Positions 40,788 through 51,300 of a stretch of DNA of 64,000 bases are shown piece after piece (position 1 is the stretch's first letter; each line of letters opens with the position of its first letter). The DNA comes from Eledone cirrhosa (Eukaryota): positions 34,968,001 through 35,032,000 of the forward strand of contig OZ024740.1 in the NCBI GenBank assembly GCA_964016885.1. The letters are read 5' to 3'. The notes below the pieces were generated by a model, which saw only the letters and a program-made list of their open reading frames with translations, searched no databases and was not told the origin of the DNA. The translations under genes were made by a program, and so were the position numbers.

Positions 40788-40886
40788 TCTACAATGACAG
40801 GTTTGACTAAATGATAACCATTACTTATTGTAATGAGTAAGTGTTTAATTTAATAAAATGTTTATAACTCTCAATTGTTTTGTTAG

Positions 40887-41011
40887 GTAACAAACGCAAT
40901 GACATTGAAAGAACTTAGTGCATATGCAGAAGCTGGTGAAATCTCCGAGGAAGCTATTAGTTCGATTAGAACAGTTGTAGCGTTCGGTGGCGAAGCAAGT
41001 GAATGTAGACG
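40887..41011 (+). CDS. ABCB1: Internal 125-bp coding exon of a P-glycoprotein/ABCB full transporter (first transmembrane domain, intracellular loop)
   Basis: Acceptor TTGTTTTGTTAG ends at 40886 and donor GTAAGT starts at 41012. Phase 0-2 translation VTNAMTLKELSAYAEAGEISEEAISSIRTVVAFGGEASECR(R) matches the recalled human ABCB1 segment [42 protein letters not shown]. The symbol denotes the family (ABCB1/4/5/11-like), not proven orthology. Confidence 0.92.
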
Positions 41012-41475
41012 GTAAGTTATTTAAATATTTAAACATATATGATTCACGCGTGTATTGGATAAAAGAGAAAAATTCGTTTTAGTTTTTCACATATATATTA
41101 TATATACATAATTCAATGAACTTTAATAATATGTTAAAAAATATATATACACTTACCTTAGATCTCTTCATTTTCCTTCCTTGTTCTTCTTTATAAAAAG
41201 TGAATCAAACGTTGAACATTTTATTTTTCATAATAGAAACCTTTTGTTCTTATAAACTATACAACATGAGAGAACGTTCTCTCATGTTCTCAATATTAGG
41301 GTATAAATTTTGACTTTTCTCATAAATCAATCACTACCTTGATTAAATCTTAACCATCTACCATGTTAGGGTATGTCATGTATCATTTTATTTTATCTGA
41401 TGAGGACGTACTGTTGAACTTAATTCAGTACCTCTGAAATAAGTATAAGAATATCTGTTTTGTTTAATATTTGGA

Positions 41476-41477
<2 letters not shown>

Positions 41478-41539
<62 letters not shown>

Positions 41540-41548
41540 ATTTATATA
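41478..41548. repeat. (TA)n microsatellite
   Basis: TA run with a few TTTA interruptions. Confidence 0.95.
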
Positions 41549-41619
41549 CTTTTGGTGCTACACTATAACTATCAATAAGGAAGCAAAAAAGATAGAGAAA
41601 AAAAAAAATAGAAATTATA

Positions 41620-41754
41620 GAACGGAGGAGAGGGAGCGACAGACTCTACACTCCAGTCTGAACGGTATGTTTCAGCTGCGACCCGTGGATAAATGGCGAA
41701 GTCGTTGCCACGGAGACTGGCCTGCGTTACCCGCTGTCACTGCCACTCTACCTC
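41620..41754 (-). pseudogene. Degenerate 3'-terminal fragment of a CRE-like retrotransposon
   Basis: The minus strand reads EVEWQ*QRVTQASLRGNDFAI, aligning codon for codon with ELEWLFQRVSLAVLWGNAFSI of the neighbouring + strand relic. Confidence 0.65.
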
Positions 41755-41784
41755 ACATGTAAACTTCAAGTAGGAATTTTCCAG

Positions 41785-42440
41785 CTATTGCATCGTGGAC
41801 TCTTTCAGCCTCCACCCCTTTTCCTGTCGCTACCGTGCCGGCCGCATTCCACGCCATGCCCCCTCAACGGGGTCATTAAGCATGGCTTGGACGCTGCAGG
41901 CTTCCCTTCCCAGCTCGAGCTGGTGGGGCTGGATCGTTGGGACGGCAAAAGGCCTGATGGCACGACCATCTTCCCGTTCCGCGGTGGCAAGCCCCTCGTC
42001 TGGGATGCCACTTGCACCGACACTTTCTGCAGCCGCAACCTGGTGCAGTCTGCGACTGACCCAGGTTCTGCTGCACGTCGGGCTGAGGGGACCAAACTCC
42101 TCAAATACAGGTCGCTCTCCGACAGGTTTGCGGTCGTACCCTTGGCAGTGGAGACTTCTGGTGTCTTCGGCCCCAGGGCTACCTCCTTACTCACCCCATA
42201 GGCGCTGAGCTGGCCAGCCGCAGGTGTGAGCCCCGCGAGTTGGAGTGGCTTTTCCAGCGCGTCTCCCTTGCCGTCCTCTGGGGAAACGCCTTTTCTATTC
42301 TGTCCGCCGGGGCTGTGGGTGGGCCCCATCGCGCATCGTTGTAGTTGTTGTACAAGACGTAGTTATGCTGCAAATGGTTTGCTACTTTGGAAATGTCTCT
42401 TTAAAAAGCTTGATATTATGAAAGCCATAATGTGTTGAAT
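41785..42440 (+). mobile_element. 5'-truncated, frameshifted CRE-clade non-LTR retrotransposon (Zn-knuckle remnant plus restriction-like endonuclease)
   Basis: CIVDSFSLHPFSCRYRAGRIPRH /frameshift/ LNGVIKHGLDAAG...DGKRPDG...LVWDATCTDT...AE..K..KY...PLAVETSG /frameshift/ ...QRVSLAVLWGNA. This is the RH, PD-D-K RLE signature of CRE elements. The 3' end is approximate. Confidence 0.85.
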
Positions 42441-42441
42441 G

Positions 42442-42560
42442 AAGGCACCGTATTTGCAGAGCCGTTAGACCGTCGGAAAGAATACTTTGGGATATTCGTT
42501 CCGGTTCGCTGCACTCTGGGTTTAAATCCCACCTAGGTCAACTTTGCCTTTCATCCTTTT
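42442..42560 (+). mobile_element. Diverged, 3'-truncated tRNA-derived SINE
   Basis: Head AAGGC...TTGCAGAGCCGTTAG, degenerate B-box GGGTTTAAATCC and core GTCAACTTTGCCTTTCATCC. Confidence 0.75.
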
Positions 42561-42910
42561 TCTATATCTCTTTCTCACTTCTTCTCTATCACTCTCTGTC
42601 TTTCTCTGAAAGAAATCGGCTGTGTTCAGACCTGACGAGGGAAGAGATAGGCTCCGCCAGGTTTAAAAAAAAAAATTAAAGAAACGCTGTATGGCGTTAT
42701 GGCGCCTCTATGATCCCATCAATAGGTTAAAGGAAAAAAAAAAGAAGAGGGAATGAGTTGAATGGGGAATGTTCCTAGAAAGTTGAAGAAACTGCGAAGG
42801 TTATAGAGTAAGACTAAGGCTATATCATTCACGACGTTCATTCCAGGATGTCACCAAATGTAATGTACGAATTGAAGGAATTAAATGGGAATTATTAATT
42901 TATCAAATAA

Positions 42911-43095
42911 TTCTTTCTAACACTGGCACAAGTTCAGCAATTTGGGAGAAGGGAACAATCGATTATGTCAACTAAAGTACATAACTGGTACTTTATTTTA
43001 TCGACCCGAGTGTGTTACTGGTACTTTATTTCATACACCCTGGAAGGATGAAATGCAAAGGCGACTTCGGCGGGATTTAAACTCAGCACGTAAGT
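42911..43095 (-). mobile_element. tRNA-derived SINE of the same family with a small internal duplication
   Basis: The reverse complement reads CTGAGTTTAAATCCCGCCGAAGTCGCCTTTGCATTTCATCC...ATAAAGTACCAGT (twice)...AATTGCTGAACTTGTGCC, matching the 24013 copy. Confidence 0.8.
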
Positions 43096-43825
43096 TATAC
43101 CTGTAGAGATACAGATAGGTAACCCACTCTGTATGCATACAGATATAACTTTATCGTACACTTCGGCTGCTAGCTTACTTTTTAATGTATAATTTAATTA
43201 ATTACAAACACAAGTGCTAATTATATGCAAATTAGTATGACCATTTTAGAATAATACTAAGAGCGAATAAATACATGAAATACATGTTTCCTTGTAGTAA
43301 GGATAATATACACTCCTTCCAATGAGAGCCAAATTTGGTCAGAAAATCGATTAAAGGTGTTTATCATTCTTTCAATTTATAGGGAAATTCATATTTTCTG
43401 GTATATTTATATGTCTACATTTTAGCTATGAGTGTTTTTATACAGACATAACGTTCGATCACATGCTCTCGAACTTAAGTTCTGTTACCGCTGTGGTCTT
43501 GGATTTATTACCTTAAGTAGATCGCACATTCCTCGGTTTGTTGTTTTTTCCGCTGTTTTCTCTTTTCTTCCCTTTTTCCCTTTTCCCTTCTATTTTCCTT
43601 CTCTCGCTCCCCCGTTTTCCCAATAACTTACCCAGTTATTGAATGCTCTGGGGGTAGATATATTGTCTTTAAAGCGTTGAAATTTTCGAGACCCCCCAGT
43701 AGATAACTGATGAGGAAAAGTCCCCGCCCCCGTTCTTGCTTTCTTCTTATTCTCACTCCATTTTAAGCTACCTTAAATAGCAACTACACAGCCATTCCTA
43801 TTCTCCATATATTTTATATATATAT

Positions 43826-44010
43826 AGGTAAAATTCCGTTATGACGAATACCCTTATAACGAATTTTTCAGTATAACAACATTTTTTTCAATTCCTGAGG
43901 TAATAACAAACAAACACTCGATTTGTTTCGATCGATTTCGTTATAAAGAATTTTTCGTGAGAATGAATTTTTTTATACCCCGTGAATTTCGTTATAGCAG
44001 AATTTCACTG
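43826..44010. mobile_element. ~185-bp MITE, Tc1/mariner-pogo-like, set in TA runs
   Basis: Imperfect TIRs AGGTAAAATTCCGTTATGACGAA / TTCGTTATAGCAGAATTTCACTG, internal CGTTATAA motifs and TA-rich flanks. Confidence 0.7.
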
Positions 44011-44076
<66 letters not shown>

Positions 44077-44181
44077 ATATATATATAATATATGTATAAT
44101 ATATATATAATATATGTATATATATATGTATATATATATTATTTCTGGCAATATTACAACAATATGACAATCCTCAAGTAT

Positions 44182-44277
<96 letters not shown>

Positions 44278-44331
44278 ATACTTGAGGAGGGTCATATTGT
44301 TGTAATATTGCCAGAAATAATATATATATAC

Positions 44332-44385
<54 letters not shown>

Positions 44386-44550
44386 TATATTATATATATA
44401 TATATATTGCAGTGAAATTCCGTTATAACGAAATTCACGGGGTATAAAAAAATTCATTGTAACGAAAAATTCTTTATAACGTAATCGATCGAAACAAATC
44501 GAATGTTTGTTTGTTATTACCTCAGGAATTGAAAAAATGTCGTTATACTG
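43869..44550. repeat. Palindrome 1 (MITE part, TA runs and 46-bp unique arm, centred on (TA)n)
   Basis: 43869-44010 is the reverse complement of 44410-44550; 44141-44186 is the reverse complement of 44273-44319. Confidence 0.93.
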
Positions 44551-44893
44551 CAAAGCATGGCGTCCGACCCTCTACCGATACTGCCAATCCACCGCCTTAA
44601 CACAACACAATATAATGACAACACACTCCAGATATAGTTATATACGATACATTGATGTAATGTAGGAATAGAGAAACGATCAAGGCAAAGTTGAAACATA
44701 GAATTTTGAAATTAGGAAAATTAATTAATACAGAGAAACGGATATAAGAGAAGTAGACTCAACAAAGAGTAGTAAATACTTAGGGATTAATGAGCTAAAC
44801 AGAATACTACAAAGGAAAATAAGATACAATATATATATAGATACGATATATATATATCCAAACCCATGCTAGCGTGGAAGATGGACGTTAAAA

Positions 44894-44933
<40 letters not shown>

Positions 44934-45224
44934 ACATCTATCTTATTTTCCTTTGTAGTATTCTGTTTAGCTCATTAATCCCTAAGTATTTACTACTCTT
45001 TGTTGAGTCTACTTCTCTTATATCCGTTTCTCTGTATTAATTAATTTTCCTAATTTCAAAAGTCTCTTATGTTTCAACTTTGCCTTGATGGTTTTTCTAT
45101 TCCTACATTACATCAATGTATCGTATATAACTATATCTGGAGTGTGTTGTCATTATATTGTGTTGTGTTAAGGCGGTGGATTGGCAGTATCGGTAGAGGG
45201 TCGGACGCCATGCTTTGCAGTATA
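44544..45224. repeat. Palindrome 2 (~283-bp near-identical arms, ~112-bp spacer)
   Basis: 44544-44826 (TATACTGCAAAGCATGGCG...GAAAATAAGATA) is the reverse complement of 44939-45224 with only a few differences. Confidence 0.95.
44857..44932 (+). mobile_element. Retroposon 3' tail ending in (GAT)n
   Basis: TCCAAACCCATGCTAGCGTGGAAGATGGACGTTAAAA followed by (GAT)n. It resembles a recalled octopus SINE/LINE 3' end. Confidence 0.65.
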
Positions 45225-45348
45225 GAGTTACGGTCATTTATGATCTGAGTTCAAATCCCGTCGAGGTGAACTTTGGCTTTCATCCTTACGGGGTCGATAA
45301 AATAAAGTACCAGTCTCAAACTGGCGTCGATTTGATCGACTTTCCCCT
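45170..45348 (+). mobile_element. tRNA-derived SINE with intact head, running directly into satellite B
   Basis: A-box-like TGGCAGTATCGG, B-box GAGTTCAAATCC and core TTTCATCCTTACGGGGTCGATAAAATAAAGTACCAG. Confidence 0.85.
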
Positions 45349-48300
45349 GTTGTACATCTCTACTTATATGTTCTACATCTGTAGTTATGTGGTCTTCTTC
45401 ATCTGTAGTTATAAGTTGTTCTTAACCCGTTGTTATATGTTGTTCATCTGTAGTTATCTCTCGTACATCTGTAGTTATATATTGTCGTAGATCTGTAGTT
45501 AAATATTGTCGTACATCTGTAGATATCTGTCGTACATCTGTAGTTATATATTGTACATCTGTAGTTATATATTCTACATCTGTAGTTATATATTGTCGTA
45601 CATCTGTAGTTATATATTGTACATCTGTAGTTATATATTGTTGTACATCTGTAGTAAAATATATTGTTGTACATCTGTAGTTATATACCTTACATCTGTA
45701 GTTATATATTGTTGTACATCTGTAGTTATATATTGTAAATCTGTTGTTAAATATTGTCGAACATCTATAGTTATATATTGTACATCTGTAGTTATATATT
45801 GTTGTAAATCTGTAGTTATATATTGTACATCTGTAGTTATATATTGTCGTACATCTGTAGTTATATATGGTCGTACAACTGTAGTTATATATTGTACATC
45901 TGTAGTTATATATTGTACATTTGTAGTTATATATTGTTGTACATCTGTAGTTATATATTGTCGTACATCTGTAGTTATATAATGTTGTACATCTGTAGCT
46001 ATATATTGTCGTATATCTGTAGTTATATATTGTCGTACATCTGTAGTTATATATTTCGCATCTGAAGTTATATATTGTCGAACATCTGTAGTTAGATATT
46101 GTTGTACATATGTAGTTATATATTGTCGTACATCTATAGTTATATATTGTCCTACAATTACACTTATATATTGTACATCTGTAGTTATATATTGTTGTAC
46201 ATCTGTAGTTATATATTGTTGTACATCTGTAGTTATATATTGTCGTACATCTGTAGTTATATATTGTACATCTGTAGTTATATATTGTACATATGTAGTT
46301 ATCTATTGTTGTACATCTGTAGTTAGATATTGCTTTATATCTGTAGTTATATATTGCCATACATCTGTAGTTATATATTGTCGTACATCTGTAGTTATAT
46401 ATTGTACACCTGTAATTATATATTGTACATCTGTAGTTATATATTGTACATCTGTAGTTATATATTGTACATCTGCAGTTACATATTGTCGTACATCTGT
46501 AGTTATATATTGTACATCTGTAGTTCTATATTGTACATCTGTAGTTATATATTGTTGTACATCTGTAGTTATATATTGTCGTAAATCTGTAGTTATATAT
46601 TGTCGTACATCTGTAGTTATATATGGTCGTACAACTGTAGTTATATATTGTACATCTGTAGTTACATATTGTACATATGTTGTTAGATATTGTTGTACAT
46701 CTGTCGTTATATATTGTACATCTGTAGTTATATATTGTACATTTGTAGATATATATTGTTGTACATCTGTAGTTATATATTGTTGTACATCTGTAGTTAT
46801 ATATTGTCGTACATCTGTAGTTATATATTGTACATCTGCGGTTATATGTTGTTGTACATCTGTAGTTATATATTGTTGTACATCTGTAGTTATATACCTT
46901 ACATCTGTAGTTATATATTGTTGTACATCTGTAGTTATATATTGTACATCTGTAGTTAGATATTGTTGTAAATCTGAAGTTATATATTGTCTAACATCTG
47001 TAGTTATATATTGTTGTACATCTGTAGTTTTATATTGTCGTACATCTGTAGTTATATATTGTACATCTGTAGTTATATATATTGTACATCTGTAGTTATA
47101 TATGGTCGTACAACTGTAGTTATATATTGTACATCTGTAGTTATATATCGTACATCTGTAATTAGATAGTATTGTACATCTGTAGTTATATATTGTCGTA
47201 CATCTGTAGTTATATATTGTACATCTGCAGTTATATATTATTGTACATCTGTGGTTATATATTGTTGTACATCTGTAGTTATATATTGACGTACATATGT
47301 AGTTATATATTGTACATCTGTAGTTATATATTGTTGTACATCTGTAGTTATATATTGTTGTACATCTGTAGTTATATACTGTATATCTGTAGTTATATAT
47401 TGTCGAACATCTGTAGTTACATATTGTACATCTGTAATTATTTATTGTTGTACATCTGTGGTTATATTTTATCGTACAACTGTAATTATATATTGTACAT
47501 CTGTAGTTATATATTGTCGAACATCTGTAGTTATATATTGTACATCTGCAGTTACATATTGTCGTACATCTGTAGTTATATATTGTACATCTGTAGTTAT
47601 ATATTGTACATCTGTAGTTATATATTGTTGTACATCTGTAGTTATATATTGTTGTACATCTGTAGTTATATATTGTCGTACATCTGTAGTTATATATTGT
47701 AGATCTGAGGTTATATGTTGTTGTACATCTGTAGTTATATATTGTTGTACATCTGTAGTTATATACCTTACATCTGTAGTTATATATTGTTGTACATCTG
47801 TAGTTATATATTGTACATCTGTAGTTAGATATTGTTGTAAATCTGTAGTTTTATAATGTACATCTGTAATTAGATATTTTTGTACATCTGTAGTTATATA
47901 TCGTTGTACATCTGTAGTTATATATTGTACATCTGTAGTTATATATTGTTGTACATCTGTAGTTATATATTGTTGTTCATCTGTAGTTATATATTGTCGT
48001 ACATCTGTAGTTATATATTGTACATCTGTAGTTATATATTGTTGTACATCTGTGGTTATATACCTTATATCTGTAGTTATATATTGTAAATCTGTAGTTA
48101 TAAATTGTCGAACATCTGTAGTTACATATTGTACATATGTAATTATATATTGTGTACATCTGTAGTTATATATTGTACATCTATAGTTATATATATTGTA
48201 CATCTGTAGTTATATATTGTCGTACATCTGTAGTTATATATGGTTGTACAACTGTAGTTATATATTGTACATCTGTAGTTAGATATTTTTGAAATGTGTA

Positions 48301-51300
48301 GTTATATATTGTCATACATCTGTAGTTATATATTGTCGTACAAATATAGTTATATATTGTACATCTGTAGTTATAAATTGTACATCTGTAATTAGATATT
48401 GTTGTACATCTGTAGTTATATATTGTCGTACATCTGTAGTTATATATTGTACATCTGTAGTTATATATTGTTGTACATCTGTAGTTATATATTGTTGTAC
48501 ATCTGTAGTTATATATTGTAAATCTGTAGTTATATATTGTCGAACATCTGTAGATACATATTGTACATCTGTAGTTATATATTTTTGTACATCTGTAGTT
48601 ATATATTGTACATCTCTAGTTATATATATTGTACATCTGTAGTTATATATTGTCGTACATCTGTAGTTATATATGGTCGTACAACTGTAGTTATATATTG
48701 AACATCTGTAGTTATATATTGTACATATGTAATTAGATATTGTTGTACATCTGTAGTTATATATTATCGTAAATCTGTAGTAATATATTGTACATCTGTA
48801 GTTATATATTGTTGTACATCCGTAGTTATATATTGTTATACATCTGGAGTTATATATTGTCGTACAACTGTAGTTATATATTGTACATATGTAGTTATAT
48901 ATTGTTGTACATCTGTAGATATATATTGTTGTATACCTGTAGTTATATATTGTAAATCTCTAGTTATATATTGTCGAACATCTGTAGTTACATATTGTAC
49001 ATCTGTAATTATATATTGTTATACATCTGTAGTTATATATTGTACATCTATAGTTATATATATTGTACATCTGTAGTTATATATTGTCGTACAACTGTAA
49101 TTATATATTGTACATCTGTAGTTATATATTGTACATCTGTAGTTAGATATTTTTGTACATCTGTAGTTATATATTGTCGTACAATTATAGTCATATATTG
49201 TACATCTCTAGTTATATGTTGTTGTATATCTGTAGTTATATATTGTCGTACATCTGTAGTTATATATTGTACATCTGTAGATATATATTGTTGTACATCT
49301 ATAGTTATATATTGTTGTACATCTGTAGTTATATATTGTCCTACATCTGTAGTTATATATTGTACATCTGTGGTTATATATTGTTGTACATCTGTAGTTA
49401 TATATTGTTGTACATCTGTAGTTATATACCTTACATCTGTAGTTATATATTGTTGTACATCTGCAGGTATATATTGTAAATCTGTAGTTATATATTGTTG
49501 TACATCTGTAGTTAAATACCTTATATCTGTAGTTATATATTGTTGTACATCTATAGTTATATATTGTAAATTTGTAGTTATAAATTGTCGAACATCTGTA
49601 ATTACATATTGTACATCTGTAATTATATATTGCTGTACATCTGTAGTTATATATTGTACATCTATAGTTATATATATCGTACGTCTGTAGTTATATATTG
49701 TCGTACAACTCTAATTATATATTGTACAACTGTAGTTACATATTGTCGAACGTCTGTAGTTGTATATTGTACATCTGTAGTTATATATTGTCGTACATCT
49801 GTAGTTATATATTATCGTAGATCTGTAATTATATATGGACGTCCAATTGTAGTATATATTGTACATCGGTAGTTATATGTTGTACATCTGTAATTAGAAA
49901 ATGTTGTGCATCTGTAGTTATATATTGTCGTACATCTGTAGTTATATATTTTACATCTGTAGTTATATATTGTTGTACGTCCGTAGTTATATATTGTCGT
50001 ACATCTGTAGTTATATATTGTACATCTGTGGTGATATATTATTGTACATCTGTAGTTATATATTGTTGTACATCTGTAGCTATATATTGTTGTACATCTG
50101 TAGTTATATATTGTAAATATGTAGTTATATATCGTCGTATATCTATAGTTATATATGGTCGTACATCTGTAGTTATTTACCTTACATCCGTAGTTATATA
50201 TTGTTGTACATCTGCAGTTACATATTGTACATCTGTAGTTATATATTGTTGTACATCTGTAGTTATATATTGTACATCTGTAGTTATATATATTGTACAT
50301 CTGTAGTTATATATTGTAAATCTGTAGTTAGATATTGTTGTACATCTGTAGTTCTATATTGTCATACATCTGTAGTTATATATTGTCGTACATCTGTAGT
50401 TATATATTGTACATCTGAAGTTATATATTGTACTTCTGTAGTTATATATTGTCATACATCTGTAGTTATATTTTGTACATCTGTAGTTACATATTGTCGT
50501 ACATCTGTAGTTATATATTGTACATCTGTAGTTATAAATTCTCGTACATCTGTAGTTATAGATTGTTGTACATCTGTAATTATATATGGTGGTACAACTG
50601 TAGTTATATTATACGTCTGTAGTTATATATTGTACATCTGTAATTAGATATTTTTGTACATCTGTAGTTATATATTGTTGTATATCTGTAGTCATATATT
50701 GTCGTACATCTGTAGTTATATATATATTGTACATCTGTAGATATATATTGTTGTACATCTGTAGTTATATAGCTTACATCTGTAGTTATATATTTTTGTA
50801 CATCTGTAGTTATATATTGTAAATCTGTAGTTATATATTGTCGAACATCTGTAGTTACGTATTGTACATCTCTAGTTATATATTGTCGTACATCTGTAGT
50901 TATATATGGTTGTAAACTGTACTTATATATTGTACATTTGTAGTTAGATATTTTTGTACATCTGTAGTTATATATTGTCATACATATGTAGTTATATATT
51001 GTCGTACAACTGTAGTTATATATTGTACATCTCTAGTTATATATTGTAGATCTCTAGTTATATATTTTTGTACATCTGTAGTTATATATTGTACATCTGT
51101 AGCTATATATTGTTTTACATATGTAGTTATATATTGTCGTACATCTGTAGTTATATATTGTTCTACATCTGTAGTTATATATTGTCGTACATCTGTAGTT
51201 ATATATTGTGCATCTCTAGTTATATATTTTCGAACATCTGTAGTTATATATTGTTGTACATGTGTAGTTATATATTGTTGTACAACTGTAGTTATATATT

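Noticed and set aside
40845-41036. 63-aa minus-strand ORF
   Set aside because: Antisense shadow of the real + strand ABCB exon.
43340-43626. FWY-encoding stretch and 64-aa ORF as the next ABCB exon
   Set aside because: The context (IHIFWYIY) does not match ALAFWYG and there are no fitting splice sites. It may be a DNA-transposon remnant, but I found no TIRs.
43631-43715. Hairpin CAGTTAT..CTGGGGG/CCCCCAG..ATAACTG followed by CTGATGA as a hammerhead ribozyme
   Set aside because: No stem II-GAAA follows the CTGATGA.
43973-44553. IY-repeat ORFs
   Set aside because: Translations of (TA)n tracts.
45170-45262. tRNA gene
   Set aside because: A and B boxes are present but no cloverleaf is evident, and the sequence continues into the SINE core.
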